From positions 118,668,001-118,732,000 of the forward strand of contig NC_042998.1 in assembly GCF_006345805.1 (NCBI RefSeq): DNA of 64,000 nucleotides, read 5' to 3'. Positions 1 through 13,334 of the stretch are shown here, piece after piece. The notes under the pieces are model-generated. The model ran no database searches. It worked only from the letters and a program-made list of their open reading frames with translations, and was not told where the DNA came from. The stretch is from Octopus sinensis (lineage: Eukaryota). The position numbers and the translations under genes are program-made. The first letter of the stretch is position 1. Every line of letters starts with the position of its first letter.

Positions 1-858
1 ACTTGTTAAAGGAAGTGTGATTTAAAAGATCATTTCATATATGCTATGCATTCTAGAATGCTGAGAAGCCGTTTTCCAGTAAATTACACTCATCCAGTTT
101 TTTTTTCACTTACGAAATCGCCTTTGCCACAAATCATATATCTTTTTCTATTATCATGTTAAAAAAAAACACTTGCAGACACAATGTCTTCATTAATATC
201 CTAGTGGTTGCTGAGAGAGAAATAAATTTGTTTCCTTTCTGGTTATATGCAGCTTCAAACTGAAACATATACAAAACACATGTGAAGATGTAGGAGAACC
301 GAAAATAGATTTTCCAAAAATTGTTCAGCTTAAATTAGTATTGATTCTTTATTTTCTTTGAAAACGCATGTAGTGTCTAATTTGATCGATCGCTTATGTG
401 ATACAAGCAGAACACATTGCAATGTAATCTTTTTTATTTGTAGTAGTATTAGATTAAGGCGGTGAATTGACAGAAACGAGAGAGCATCAGTAAAAGTTCT
501 GTGCATTATTTAGTGTTAGATATTTATATTCTAAGTTCAAACCTCGCCAAGGTTATCTTTACTTTCAACCTTCGAAGATCAATAAAAACAGTACCAATGA
601 GATACTGGGTTTCATTTAATAGACTGCAATTTCTTACCGCATTTTCGTTAGCACAGTTGATTGTCAAATTCAACAGAGCGTTAGAATCAATTCCTTGTGC
701 TTGTTATGGCGCTTTATGCTCTGATTCCACATTCAAGATTAAATTTCATTTATATTCTGGCTTTGTGCATGTGTTAGACAGTATTATTATGATACTTTCA
801 ATAGTATTATTATTATTATCATTATCATTACATCGATTAGATCGACTACAGTACACAA

Positions 859-1012
859 CTGGTACTTGATTTATCGACCCCAAAAGGATGAAAGGCAGAT
901 ATCGACTTTGCATTTTATCTTTTCGGGGTCGATAAATCAAGTACCAGCTGTGTAATCGACTGGCCCCTTCACCCACATTTCAGGCCTTGTGCATAAAGTA
1001 GAAAGGATTTTT
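859..1012. mobile_element. Fragments of tRNA-derived SINE family 1, partly head-to-head inverted
   Basis: Core gactttgc..tcntttcggggtcgataaatcaagtacc matches the SINE at 7017-7452; a reverse-complement copy lies at 859-895. Confidence 0.75.
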
Positions 1013-1480
1013 ATTATCATTATTGAGTGGGAGAGAAGCGCATACCATCAAAGGGAAGCTGATAAGGGTTTAAAAAAGGCTCATACATAACGTGGTAATC
1101 TCAGATAAAGATGAACAGCGCATTACTTTGCATGTGGGGCTGAGTTAAAATTTTCTTCACTTTGAGTAGCCCATCCCGCACAGTGTCCCTGAATAAGGCT
1201 TGTTTAAGGACGATAACGAAACACATTCGCAAGGGAGAATTATTCAATCTCCACCATATGGCTAGAACGCTCCCCCACTGTTCCTGCTCGTCAGCCACTG
1301 AGGGACATACCCAACTGGTTAGGATCAAGCAACTAACAAGGAAATCTGCTATATTAAGCAGAATATTTGCTGTAGCCCATCTTTTACACCAAAACAAAAC
1401 ATGAATATGATGACACTTCCAGTCTGTAAAGGTCAGAAGCCACGAGAGTCACATCAGTACCTGGTGTGGTATCAGGGCAT

Positions 1481-3495
1481 TTATTATTATCACTTATGGT
1501 TTCTTTCCATTATAACTTCATTTCACCTGCCTTAGTACCGGCCACCCTCCGGAGGCCAAGAGTAGTAGGGACAATTTTTTTGCTATGCATGCTAAAATTA
1601 TCACCACATTTATTCCATTTTATATGGGGGTGCTTTACGTAGTATATGAGCTGAACCCATGAAGGTTATCTTTTGTAGTTCACAGAGGTTGAAGCTACCA
1701 AGGAGTTGCTTAATATACTTCTCTACTCACTTCTTTATCATTCCCAACGCACCAATTACTACTGGTATTATCCTAGAACTAAACTTCCACGTTTTTGCGA
1801 TTTCAATTTGCAGATCTTTATATATATTAATAGACAGGTTCCTCTTTTGTAGTCCTTGATCACAATGTCTGGTCAAATGGAGTCAATTTTTCTGTCTGTA
1901 TTGGGAAGTTCCAAAGTGTGTTGACACCCTCGCCATTTATTACATCCTCTGGATGGTGCCTGTACCACTTATCATGGGATTTAATTTTGTAGTATTTACA
2001 AGCATTCCAGTGGGTGTATGGTCCTAGTCTACCATGTCTTATGAGGTACTCTTTTTCAGTGAGGACTGGTCAGCCAGAAACTACATGATCAATTGTCTCT
2101 GCGAATTTCCTGAAAATTCTACACGAGGGATCAGGTCCATCTTTAAGGACGTTTGAATGGTAGTTTCTGGTAGGTATGCTCTGATCTTGCGCTGCAATAA
2201 CAAAACCTTCTGTTCCCTCTTTCAGGCCTGCCACTTGGAGCCATTGGTATTAGATTTTGATCAATATCTAGCTTGCCTGTCCAGTTTTTTTTTTATATTA
2301 TCCCTGCAAGCCTTCTTTGCTTTTTGTTTGATGCTTTTGCACCACTGATAGGTATGTCACAATTTGGATCTCATTGGTCGTTTCGATTGTTAATTTCTAA
2401 ATCAGGAGAAGCAATGGTAGGTCTGTCAGTATTTGAGTGTCTTTGGTCATTCTTATTGTTAACTTGAAGGCCAAGAGACGTTTTAAATTTCTGACTAAGC
2501 TTCATGACTGAAGCCTGCTTGGAATCTTCATGCTTCAGTGCAGTTCGTAAGAGCACATCATTTCTTGTAGGAAGGTTTTAATTACAGAGGTACGTTTCAA
2601 GGCCTATTATTACTGATTTGAAGGATTTCTCTGTTTTTCTTGGGAGATAAATCCTGATTTTGGATAGTGATTTCAGCACCCGTAAGGATTTGACGGATCT
2701 TTCATTCCATATTCTGCATGTCCGTGAGACTTAATGATACCGAAGCTATATGTTGCTGGTGTAGCCAAAGAATTTATCGCATTAATTCTGAGTTTAGGAC
2801 CATTCTTATCCTTCGATAGCACTCCTTGTGTATTTTCTCTTTCTTTTTAGAGTGCTGGATACCATCACCTTCATTGCTTCTCAGATATTTGTATAGTTCG
2901 GATTGGTCTAGGTTTCGAATAGCTGCAGTAGTATCAAGTTATATGTTTTCTACCTTTATGAACTTCCCTGCCTTGAAAGTAGCTTTGCACATTTATCAAG
3001 TCCGAATTCCATACCTATATCAGAGCTGAATTCTTTGACAATATTCAGGAGCTCTTCTAATTCTTTGTCGTTTTTGGCAAATAGTTTTAGATCATCCATA
3101 TAGAGTAGATGATAAATTTTCTGGTCAAAGATATTATACTCCCTCTTAGCATTATTCAGCTGCGTGGATGATGGGAACAGAGTGAGGGAGAATAATAAGG
3201 GTATTAATGAGTCACTTTGAAAGATATCACAGGCGATATTGATACCTGGTGATGGTATATTCTTGTGTATGGTTTAAAATGAGCGTTGTTCTCCATGAAT
3301 TCATGATTACTTTTAAAAAGTTTACAATTGTTGGAGCTGTCTTCTAAATGTCCAGTGTCTTGAGTTTATGCTTTCTCTTTCAAGTATATCATTGTTGTTG
3401 ATCTCACAGAATTTGTTATGCCAATAATGTCAGAATCATTAATCACAATAACTATTAAGAAATAGTTCCTATATGAAATTTTTGAATGAAATATC
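1481..3495 (-). mobile_element. 5'-truncated, decayed R4/Dong-type non-LTR retrotransposon (RT, CCHC remnant, restriction-like endonuclease)
   Basis: Minus-strand translation: DIFQSDSLIPLLF (~3200-3230), HLLYMDDLKLFAKN (YMDD 3091-3102), CRIFRKFAETIDHVVSG*PVL (~2060-2120), PDIVIKDYKRGTCLLI, YKDLQIEIAKTWKFSSRIIPVVIGALGMIKK and ELQKITFMGSAHILRKA; ends in a (TAA)n tail at 1481-1490; multiple stops. Confidence 0.88.
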
Positions 3496-3505
3496 ATTAT
3501 TATCT

Positions 3506-3534
3506 TTACCCGGGCAACGCCGAGTACTTCTAGT
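3506..3534 (+). mobile_element. Orphan Helitron-type 3' terminus
   Basis: cccgggcaacgccgag hairpin followed by CTAG|T (3530-3534); same motif as 52878-52906. Confidence 0.55.
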
Positions 3535-3598
3535 ATGTAACTACCTGTGGCCCGTTGGCGATTTCTTCTCCTCCTCCTTTTGACTTTTCCCTTTCTCC

Positions 3599-3631
3599 TT
3601 TCTGATGAAGAGCTATGCTCGAAACGTTAAA
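3599..3631 (+). ncRNA. Minimal type-I hammerhead ribozyme motif, family A
   Basis: ttt CTGATGA a gagc-tat-gctc GAAA CG TT aaa; decayed second copy at 12021-12053 (-) within a homologous ~190-bp repeat. Confidence 0.65.
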
Positions 3632-4574
3632 CTCTCTCCTTTCACCAAGCATCAAGCTAATATATTTCTTGTGCACGCCCTCACGTTTGTTGTCTTCTTT
3701 TTCCTTAGTTTTTATCTGTTTATTGGAACTGTTTATTTGAACTGACTACACACACACACACGCACGCACACACACACACACATGCACACACATGCACACA
3801 CATACACATACACACAAACACACTCACAGACACATACAGATGAGGTAGAGAAGGAAAGAAAGAAAGAAAAAAAGAAAGAAGAAGAAGAAGAAGAACAACA
3901 ACAACAATAACAACAATAACAACAACAACAACAACAACAACAACAATAACAACAACAACAAGAGCAGTTGAATCGCACAATAGATATCATTTACTTTCTC
4001 CTTCAAGAATAACAAACAAAATTAACATTTCTGCCTAGCTCTATTTCAGAGAGCTATCTAGCATTATTTTTCGCATTACAATTATTCAATAAAAAATCTG
4101 TCACGTGTTTAAATTACCGACCATAGAAATTGGATTACATGGTGTAGTGCAGTACATCTTTATCTCGTTAGTAAAGCCGGTTCATTCATAAACGGTCAGT
4201 AGAAATATTAATATATTTTGTTTTCAGAGGTATAGCACGTATGCATAAATCTTGCACGTAGTGTACCTGTATGAGAAAAAATAATATTATTTAGATGTGT
4301 ACGCCATTTAGTTTACTTTCCATAATCGCATAAATGATCTCAGGCATATTAGCAAGGTTTCACTTTGCAAACACGTGGAAGATATTACCGTGCAATACAC
4401 TTAGCAGAGTGCCTCTCATTGTCTCTTTCTGTCTCAGTCCGATCAAATTATTCAGCGGAAATCTAGCTGGCATAAACTGTGCAGAATTACTTCTCACTGC
4501 ATACATACATACATTCATACATACATACATACATACATGCATACATACATACATACACATACATACATACATGC

Positions 4575-4620
<46 letters not shown>

Positions 4621-4717
4621 ATATGTGTGTATTTCTGTGTATATATATATATATATAGATATATATATATATATATATATATAGACAGAATACATATATA
4701 CATACATAATATATATA

Positions 4718-4750
<33 letters not shown>

Positions 4751-5483
4751 ATGTATGTATATATGTATACACACAAGCAATTACATACACGCACACATGT
4801 ATGCCTATATGTATGTTTGTATGTGTTTGAGTGTATATGTGCAAGTGTATTTAAGTGTGTGTATGTAAACATCTGTAAGAGACACCGTATGTGCTCGCGT
4901 TTATCGGCGTGTGACGAGAGAACTGGTACGCTGTGATAAAAATACATTTTTGTTCTTTTCGTTCAGTCTCCATTACAACATTTTCCGCCCGGTTAAGTTT
5001 ACCTGTTTTCCTCGGTAAACTCGATTAAACCATCAACGATGGTGCTTGAATGATGTGTAACCAGTCAAAAAATGCAATAATAACTGAAAGAAGTGGAGGG
5101 ATATTCTATGTAATTTTACTAGCTTGCAGTCAAGCGACAACACTATTTTCTTTCTGCTTTTGACTTTCAGACAAAAGGTGGGCAAGAACCCCAAATTTGA
5201 GATTCTTCTCTGTTCACGGCGATTAAACTCGTCGAACTCTTCTAGGAACTCTGCTACGGACTAGTTGTTATCGACGCACAACATCAGCAGATTTATCGGA
5301 TTCTGAATTTATAGTCATTCATTTGTAATTCGCTTCTGAGTAGAATAAAACACTGCGCAGCTTTCATACATTTTTCGATGTCATTAATGATGTGTGAATG
5401 ACCTTGCGTCCGTTTTCTCTTGTCTGCTGATCGCTCAACAGAGCTATGTATGCATTGTATTTTATTTAAAGTTGACGAAAGCG

Positions 5484-5930
5484 AAGAACTGCCAGAATCA
5501 TTAGTATGCCGGACAAAATGATGCATTAGCAATTCGTCTGTCTTTACTCTCAGAGTTCAAATTCCGCCGAAAACGACTTTGTCTTTCAGCCTTTCGGATT
5601 CGATAAAATAAGTACCAGGCAGGTACTAGGGTCAATGTACCCCGCCATCAAATCTTCTAGAACTGTTCCAATATTTGAAACCATTATAGTTAAAGAGACA
5701 AACTCAGCGAGCTGGCCGAATCATTCGCACGTCTAACGAAATGCAATACAGCATTTATTCCTGCTCTTTACATTATGAGTTCAAATTCTGCCAAGGTAGA
5801 TTTTGCCTTTCACCTTTCGGGTTCTATGAAAATAAGTACTATTTCATCACTGGGGTGAATGTAACCGAGCATCCCCATCACCCAATAAGTTACTGATCGT
5901 ATGCCAAAATTAGCAAGAATTTTATTTAAA
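5484..5930 (+). mobile_element. Two old copies of SINE family 1
   Basis: B-box-like gagttcaaattc(c/t)gcc near 5551 and 5778, each followed by the family core. Confidence 0.75.
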
Positions 5931-6316
5931 GTAACTGTATACTCTAGACATGTGTACGCTTCGGGTAAAGACTGGTATAATTGTGAGTTTGCCAGAAGAT
6001 TGGGCATTTAAATATGCACATTCACTTTGACACAGTTCTCCGGCTACCTAATTCCATTCACAATATTTGGATCGAATAACTACTATTGTAGGAATCACTT
6101 CGCTGGTTGTCACGCTGTGAGATTAAATCCCAAACCTTCTGGTTAATAATGCTAAAGCGTTTAATCATATGGTCTTGTGTGTTCATCGACTGCAATGTGA
6201 TAAAGAACTGTGATTTTTCCAACGCCAAAATCTACCTCAGGTTGTTGGCATTAAAAAACTGCATGTATGTGTGTACGTGGGGATGATTTCTTGTGTGTGT
6301 GTGTGTGTACCTTCCA

Positions 6317-6349
<33 letters not shown>

Positions 6350-7016
6350 TGTATGTATGTATGTATGATGTATGTATGTATGTATGTATAACTGTGGTTA
6401 CAGGTATGTATTATCTATAAATTTGAATGTGCATGAACTTGTGTGTTCAGAGTATTGTATTGGTTGAATATATGTTCGGTACTCTGAGACAATAAAAATG
6501 ATTATTTATATGAGGTCCTTACCCTTGTAATGCGGCATCTGTTATAATTGTCTGTTATATGTCTATACTTATATTTATTTCTATAGACCATCAGTAAATT
6601 TAGGTTTAAATCATTAATATACTGGGAAACTTAAAATGTAAAATGCGCTAATAGGGGAAAATGTTATTTCATTACATAGATGTTATACAGACTAACCTCT
6701 TTCTTTTCTATATTAACACATTGGATATTCATTTTATATACAAGATAGAAAATAAATTTTCTCCGATGATTTTTAAGTAGTTCATTTTGCAATCACGTGT
6801 TTACAGACTTTGTGGGTATCGGTCCATGAACTGCAATTGAAACTGAGTAGATTGCAAATTTGAAAGCCTGGCTCTATTCCATAGCTGTTCTTGAGTGTTA
6901 AACCAAATTCATCGGTCGATTTAACGCCACTACCTAGAGTACAGAATCCATTTAACTGCAAATAATTCAGGATGCATATCACATCAGTTGGTAATTCAAT
7001 AATAATTACTTCTCCT

Positions 7017-7452
7017 AAGGCGGTGAGCTGGCAGAAACGTTAGCACGTCGGGCGAAATGCATAGCGGTAATTTGTCTGCCGTTACGTTCTGAGTTCAAAT
7101 TCCGCCGATGTCGACTTTGCCTTTCATCCTTTCGGGGTCGATAAATTAAGTACCAGGTACGCACTGGGGTAAATGTAATCGACTTAATCCGTTTGTCTGT
7201 CCTTGTTTGTCCCCTCTATGTTTCGCCCCTTGTGAGCAATAAAGAGATAAGAAACGTTAGCACGCCGGATGAAATGCTTAGCCGCATTTCGTTTGTCTTT
7301 ACGTTCTAAGTTCAAATTCCATCAAGTTCGACTTTGCCTTTCATCCTTTCGGGGTCGATAAATTAAGTATTAGTTGCGTACTAAGGTCGATCTAATCGAC
7401 TGGTACCCCCTCCCCAAAAATTTTGGGCCATGTGACGAGAGTAGTAAAGAAT
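7017..7452 (+). mobile_element. Dimeric tRNA-derived SINE, family 1
   Basis: A-box TGGCAGAAACG at 7029, B-box GAGTTCAAATTCC at 7091-7103; body repeated from ~7251 with a second B-box at 7308-7320. Confidence 0.88.
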
Positions 7453-7698
7453 ACTAATTATTTCGACGAACAATAAAGGCGGAAATGTCTTCTCTTTATC
7501 CCACTAATATTTCAAGCACTGAAAATAGTAATTGATAATATCATCCTTCCTATGATTAAACAATTTAAAAATAAATATTCTTTGATCTCCTATACCTGTT
7601 ATATTTTGGGAAATTGTTATGAACGAATATTTAGAAATATTAGAGACTATTTCAGAATAGGAATTTTTAAAATATACACGCAAAACACTAATATATTC

Positions 7699-7739
<41 letters not shown>

Positions 7740-7801
7740 AGTGAGTATTTGTGTGTGTGTCTGTCTGTCTGTCTGTCTGTGTACATGCATGCATACATAC
7801 A

Positions 7802-7833
<32 letters not shown>

Positions 7834-9331
7834 CAAACAGATGCAAATCCGTTAGGATGTTGTTATATAATCAAAGATCGTCAGTACAAAGAGTTCTTTT
7901 CATATCTATCTACAATATAAAAACAGAAAACAGCGTGTATCTCTACATTTCCGACAGACTCAATTTTGATGTTAAATGAACGGGTGCGGGGTTGTTATTT
8001 TCTAACAAGGGAAGAGTGTTTACTTAAAAGAAATGAACTTAAAGGGGGCGATACTATCTACGACATAAAATGGAAGGTCATTGAGAGATTATAACACCAA
8101 AAATTTGTAATTCTGAAGTTGAGGAGCTCCACATACTCATGTGCCTCAATATAACTGGTATCACAATATATTTCAAATCAGAAATTTAATTTATACTGAA
8201 AAAATTTACAAACACTTTACTGAATGGATTAATATATACCTATTTATAAAGAGCGCTTTTACGTTATTATTTCCCCTTTCCTCGAAACCACTACATTAAT
8301 TTAAATCTTAATTATTTTAGTCTTTGCTATATCTCCCAAATGAAATGTCGTTTATCTCAATAAACGATGTAATTTTAAATGCCAACATATAAGTTAGCAA
8401 ACATAACTTTACATCCTTCTCTTATTATAAAAGCGAGATATTTATTATCACTGGAATTCAACAATTTTAATCATACGTAGATATATTTTCAATCATAAGA
8501 CTATATTTCATAATTTTCGAAATCCCAATGAAATTAACTTAACCAGAATATTTATGATTAACAAGTAATTCTGTACGTCTGTCATGATCTAAGATTTTGG
8601 AACAAGAATTAATGACAGTTATAAATCATTTTCCAAAAACAGCGCCATGAGAGAGGTATCCTGTGCGTGGGTTCAGATAGCAATTTTGATTCTTATTTAA
8701 TTTTACATTCCATATAATAAACGGAGTAATAAAATATTGTGTTCAAACCAAAGGAACATCTTTCCTCGTCTATATCCTTGCATAATCCCTCTTTTGTTAT
8801 GCTATCTGACAATTATATACACCCTAGGCATGCTCATTCAAAGGTAATAACATGGAATATCGGGCGCAACCACTACTCATATCGATTAAATAATGGACCC
8901 CTATACATTTTCACACAGTCTGGCGTAGATGTTATATGACAGCATAAGAAATACTCCAGAACAGATGCAGTGTACGATACTGTCTTAAGAAACATATTCG
9001 GATAAGATATTTCTATTGTTGTGGAAGTTAACAGACCTACACGCATGCGCAAAAATCTAATAAAGATGGGCATGCAGGTGAGTGTATAGCATACAGTATG
9101 TAACAAGATCAAAATTGTGAAACAACTGAGGAAGACCAACTTCTTTCATGTGGTTGAATATATCGTTTATTTAAATTTAATTCGTGTATTACGACTCAAG
9201 TGTTACACTACTAAGTTCTTGCCTAAATAGTGGACTCCTGTATATATGTGTACGCATTTATATATTTACTATACATTTTTTCACTTATTGAGTAACGTAC
9301 CAGTAAGTTATACATATATATAAATATACAT

Positions 9332-9437
<106 letters not shown>

Positions 9438-9639
9438 ACGTACATATGTGTGCATTTAGGTGGAAGTAAAAGGCATGGACTCTGTAGAAACCCCACCCCG
9501 CCCGTGTGTTTAAACAGTTCATAATTGTTTATAAGTTTATCAGAAATCATAATTGTTTATAAGCATATCTACAGAAAGAATTTGTAGACAATATTTCGTA
9601 GGACAAAAGCGAGTATTACTTTGTTCATCAAAAATCGTA

Positions 9640-10285
9640 ACGTGCGTGTGAGTGTGTATACGTATGTGTGTGGGGGTGCATATGTATGCGTGTGAGTGTG
9701 TATGTGTGTGTGAGTGCACTGTATTTATCATGGGCTGCATATGTGTCCGAATGTGTGTAAGTGTATTTACTGTGTATGTGCGCTTGTGTGTGTGTGAGTG
9801 TGGTTTATGTATTTTTCGGGGGGGGGGGGGGTGCATGTGTGTGTGTATGCTATATTTGCTGCGGCGAAGTGTGTGTGTACGTGTGCATGAGTGTGTACGT
9901 GCATGTTATTTTTCTGTGTGGTGTGTGCGTATGTTTGGGTGTATTTTTGTGAGCGTTGTATTTGTATTGTTTGTGTAGTATGTGTGTATATGTGTGGGTG
10001 TGCTTGTGTGAGTGTGTCTTGTATTTGTCAGGGGTGGGGTGTTATTGTGTGCACGTACGTGCTTTTGTGTGTGCATATATGTGTATGTGTATGTGTCTGT
10101 GTTTTTTGTGATCGTTGGAATTGTATTGCCTGTGTATATGCGTGTTTCTTCTTTGAGTGTGTGTGCGTATTTTTACTGGGAAATGGGCATATCGTGTTAG
10201 TGTGTGTGTACGTATGTGTGTATATATGCGTGTGGGGGTGGCTGTGTTGTATTTGTGTGTGCTTGTGTATGTATCTGTGTGTTTG
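9640..10285. repeat. Degenerate GT-rich low-complexity tract
   Basis: Cryptic (GT)n; a related stretch is at 11800-11900. Confidence 0.85.
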
Positions 10286-10988
10286 GAATCTAGATTTTTT
10301 TTCATTCGCAAAATATGCATTTTTTTAAAAGGAAGTAAAAGAAATCTGAAAATCGGCTCTAATATGAATTTCCTGACTCATTGCTTTGAAGGTATGATGT
10401 TGTGCAGAAAAAAATTGGAGAAACATTTAAAGGGGTTTAAAAATCGAAAAAAACTATATTTTTAGTCAATAGTGAGCCAGAACTTTTCTGCGTTTAATGG
10501 AGCGGTGTCAACTTTAAGGTTACACTCTTTGAAATTTATAGTTTAGCCTCTGACCTGTTCATTGTAGATTTCTAAATAAACAGAAATACCTAATAAAATC
10601 AACATGTATCATATTATGTTTCTTTTGTCTCTTCATTGACTGTATTTTTTATTATTTTTTTTAAATTTGCTATCAATATCTATAAATCTGAAATGCGAAA
10701 AGTTTGTTTGTCTGGTTTTGGAATTGGAACGGATTAAAGGTCACTAGATCCCGTCGGATTGATTCCAAAATTTACAGGGACATGTAAAATGAGGCGAAGA
10801 TGTTAATGGGCTAGCTTAGAAATCCCTATCTTAAAAAGTGTTGTTACTAGTGCAAAAAATGCACACTTTGAGAAGTCTTCTCTCATTCGCTTACTTTCTT
10901 GTATTAATATATTTCTCAGTAGGTCTTTACTTTATGCGTATTTCAGTATTATGTATACCTGTTATGTATTTCTGTACATCAATAATGT

Positions 10989-11044
<56 letters not shown>

Positions 11045-12107
11045 TGTGTGTGTGTGTGAAAGGGAGCGTCTGTCTCCAAAACTCCAAAGTTGAGTAACAT
11101 TTTCATGCTTGGATTTATAAACCATGATAAGAATATCAGTAGTCAACAAAGAATTTGTCCCAAGCAAAAAAATCCTGCATCTTGTATGTTTTTGCATGCA
11201 GAATTAAAAAATAATGTCAAATTATCTGTATCACCCACAGTTTCTATTTCACGATATCCCTGTCTGTTCCTGTTACGTGGGCTAAATTTCATTTAACCTG
11301 TTGAAATGTGAAGATAACGGTTTAAAGAAATACTCCTAATTTAAATTTTTAGAATATAATTAACCTAGTGAAATCATAAATCCAGCTATCTGAGTCAATG
11401 AGACCCAAAAATATATGAAATGAAAAATATGTAAAAATACTAACACACAGAAGCACATGAGAAAAATCAACATAGACAACAGCGGCACAGACAACAGCGA
11501 ACCACAACTCAGCGTGCGGTTGTCATAGTAAGAAGCTGCTAATGCCACGCTGTCTATTGATTGGCTAAATTACCCAAATTTCCCAACTTTAATTCCAAAT
11601 CACTTCAGATTCTTTAATTTAGATGAAGTAATTGGTTAATCGTAATCAAAATTCAAAGTTGCATCGATACACCAAAATTGAAAGCAATCTGAGCAAAGTT
11701 AAGGGGGGCTCATTTTGCGAAAGAGAAAGACAACATCTTGTGTTTGTTGTGGATGCTTTTGGGGGGAGTAGGCGGTTAAGGATATTATGTTGTGTGCGCG
11801 CACATTTGTATGTATGCGTGTTTTGTTTATATTTTTCTGTGTGGTGTGTGTTTATGTGTGGGTGTGTTTGTGTGAGTGTGTCTTGTAATTGTCAGGGTGG
11901 TGTATATATATTTATATATAAAGTTAATCCAAACATGAAAACACAAAGAGAAAACACAACAACGCGAGGACGTGGAACAAGTATAGCATAATTGGACGCT
12001 CAGGAAGAAGGAAAGAAGGGTTTAACGCATCGAGCGGAGCTCTTCGCCAGAAACATAGGAAAAGGAAAGATCCAAAGAAGGGAAGACGGAGGAAAAAAAT
12101 CGCCAAC

Positions 12108-12262
12108 AGTACACACGCGGTCAGCGGACTTCGTTCAGTTTCCGTCTACCAAATCCACTCACAAGGCTTTGGTCGGCTCGAGGCTACAGTAGAAGACACT
12201 CGCCCAAAGTATAATGCAGTGGGACAGAACCCAGAACCACGTAACTCGAAAGCAAGCTTCTC
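12108..12262 (-). mobile_element. 5' part of tRNA-derived SINE family 2
   Basis: Reverse complement of gtcttctactgtagcctcgagccgaccaaagccttgtgagtggatttggtagacggaaactga, matching 13730-14166 and 47815-48175. Confidence 0.85.
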
Positions 12263-12289
12263 AGGACAAGATGTTATCAAAATCATTTA

Positions 12290-12380
12290 TATCACCACAT
12301 ATGTTTCGATAGATGCATTAAAATAAATCTGAGAAGATGAATAATGGTAGAACAATGCATCAATCTCATCAGGGAGGATG
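12290..12380 (-). ncRNA. Decayed hammerhead motif, family B (C17 deleted)
   Basis: atcctcc CTGATGA gattgatgcatt...aatgcatctatc GAAA CATATG T ggtgata. Confidence 0.6.
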
Positions 12381-12417
12381 ACATTTCAACTGATGTAAGA
12401 ACTACAATATATGATAT

Positions 12418-12516
<99 letters not shown>

Positions 12517-12542
12517 TATATATATATATATATATATGTATG

Positions 12543-12583
<41 letters not shown>

Positions 12584-13248
12584 GCATATACATATATATT
12601 TTCATACATATGTATACATATAAATACACACATGCACATATATAAATATTTACATGCATATACATACACACATATAACCTATGGAAAGCTAAGTTGTATA
12701 GGGAACACTAGTAATTATTAAAAAAAACTACCGTTAAGAAATTTTACGTCACAGGGCGAGATAAGAAAAGAAAGAAGAGAGAAAGAGAATTAAAGGAGAA
12801 ATGGTGGTATAAGCAAATAGAGAATAAATGATAGATGGAAAGAAAAGATAAAGAAAAGAATAGGAAGCATGAGAAGTAAGAATAAAATTAAGTAGCAGAT
12901 AATATTAGGTGAAAGATATTATTTGAAATAGCTGAAAGAGTAATTTTTCCAATGTAAACACCTGTAAACACGTTCTTTATAGGTGTTGACTAGTGTAGGT
13001 TTGGAAAAGAGGATAAATAGTTGTTTATTAGCCTTTGAGATACCAAATTAGTTTATTAAGACCTGTATACAGGTGTTAGTAAACTAATTTGGCATTTAAA
13101 GACTCAAATAAACAATTTCCTTTAGCTTGGAAACTTTTATCAAGATCATTTCCCGATGATAAAGGGAAACCATTCTGCCCTCTTTGTACAAACAAATAAC
13201 TATTCATCCTCTTTTCCAAACTGATATATATGTGCATATGCATGTGTA

Positions 13249-13289
<41 letters not shown>

Positions 13290-13334
13290 GTATATATTGT
13301 AGTTTCTTATATGTCTCATTGATGCACACTGTTG

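Noticed and set aside
4334-4947. Many ORF-track entries rich in YI, HT, CV, VVV, LLL or TTT (here and throughout the window)
   Set aside because: They are translations of (TA)n, (CA)n, (TATG)n and trinucleotide microsatellites, not genes.
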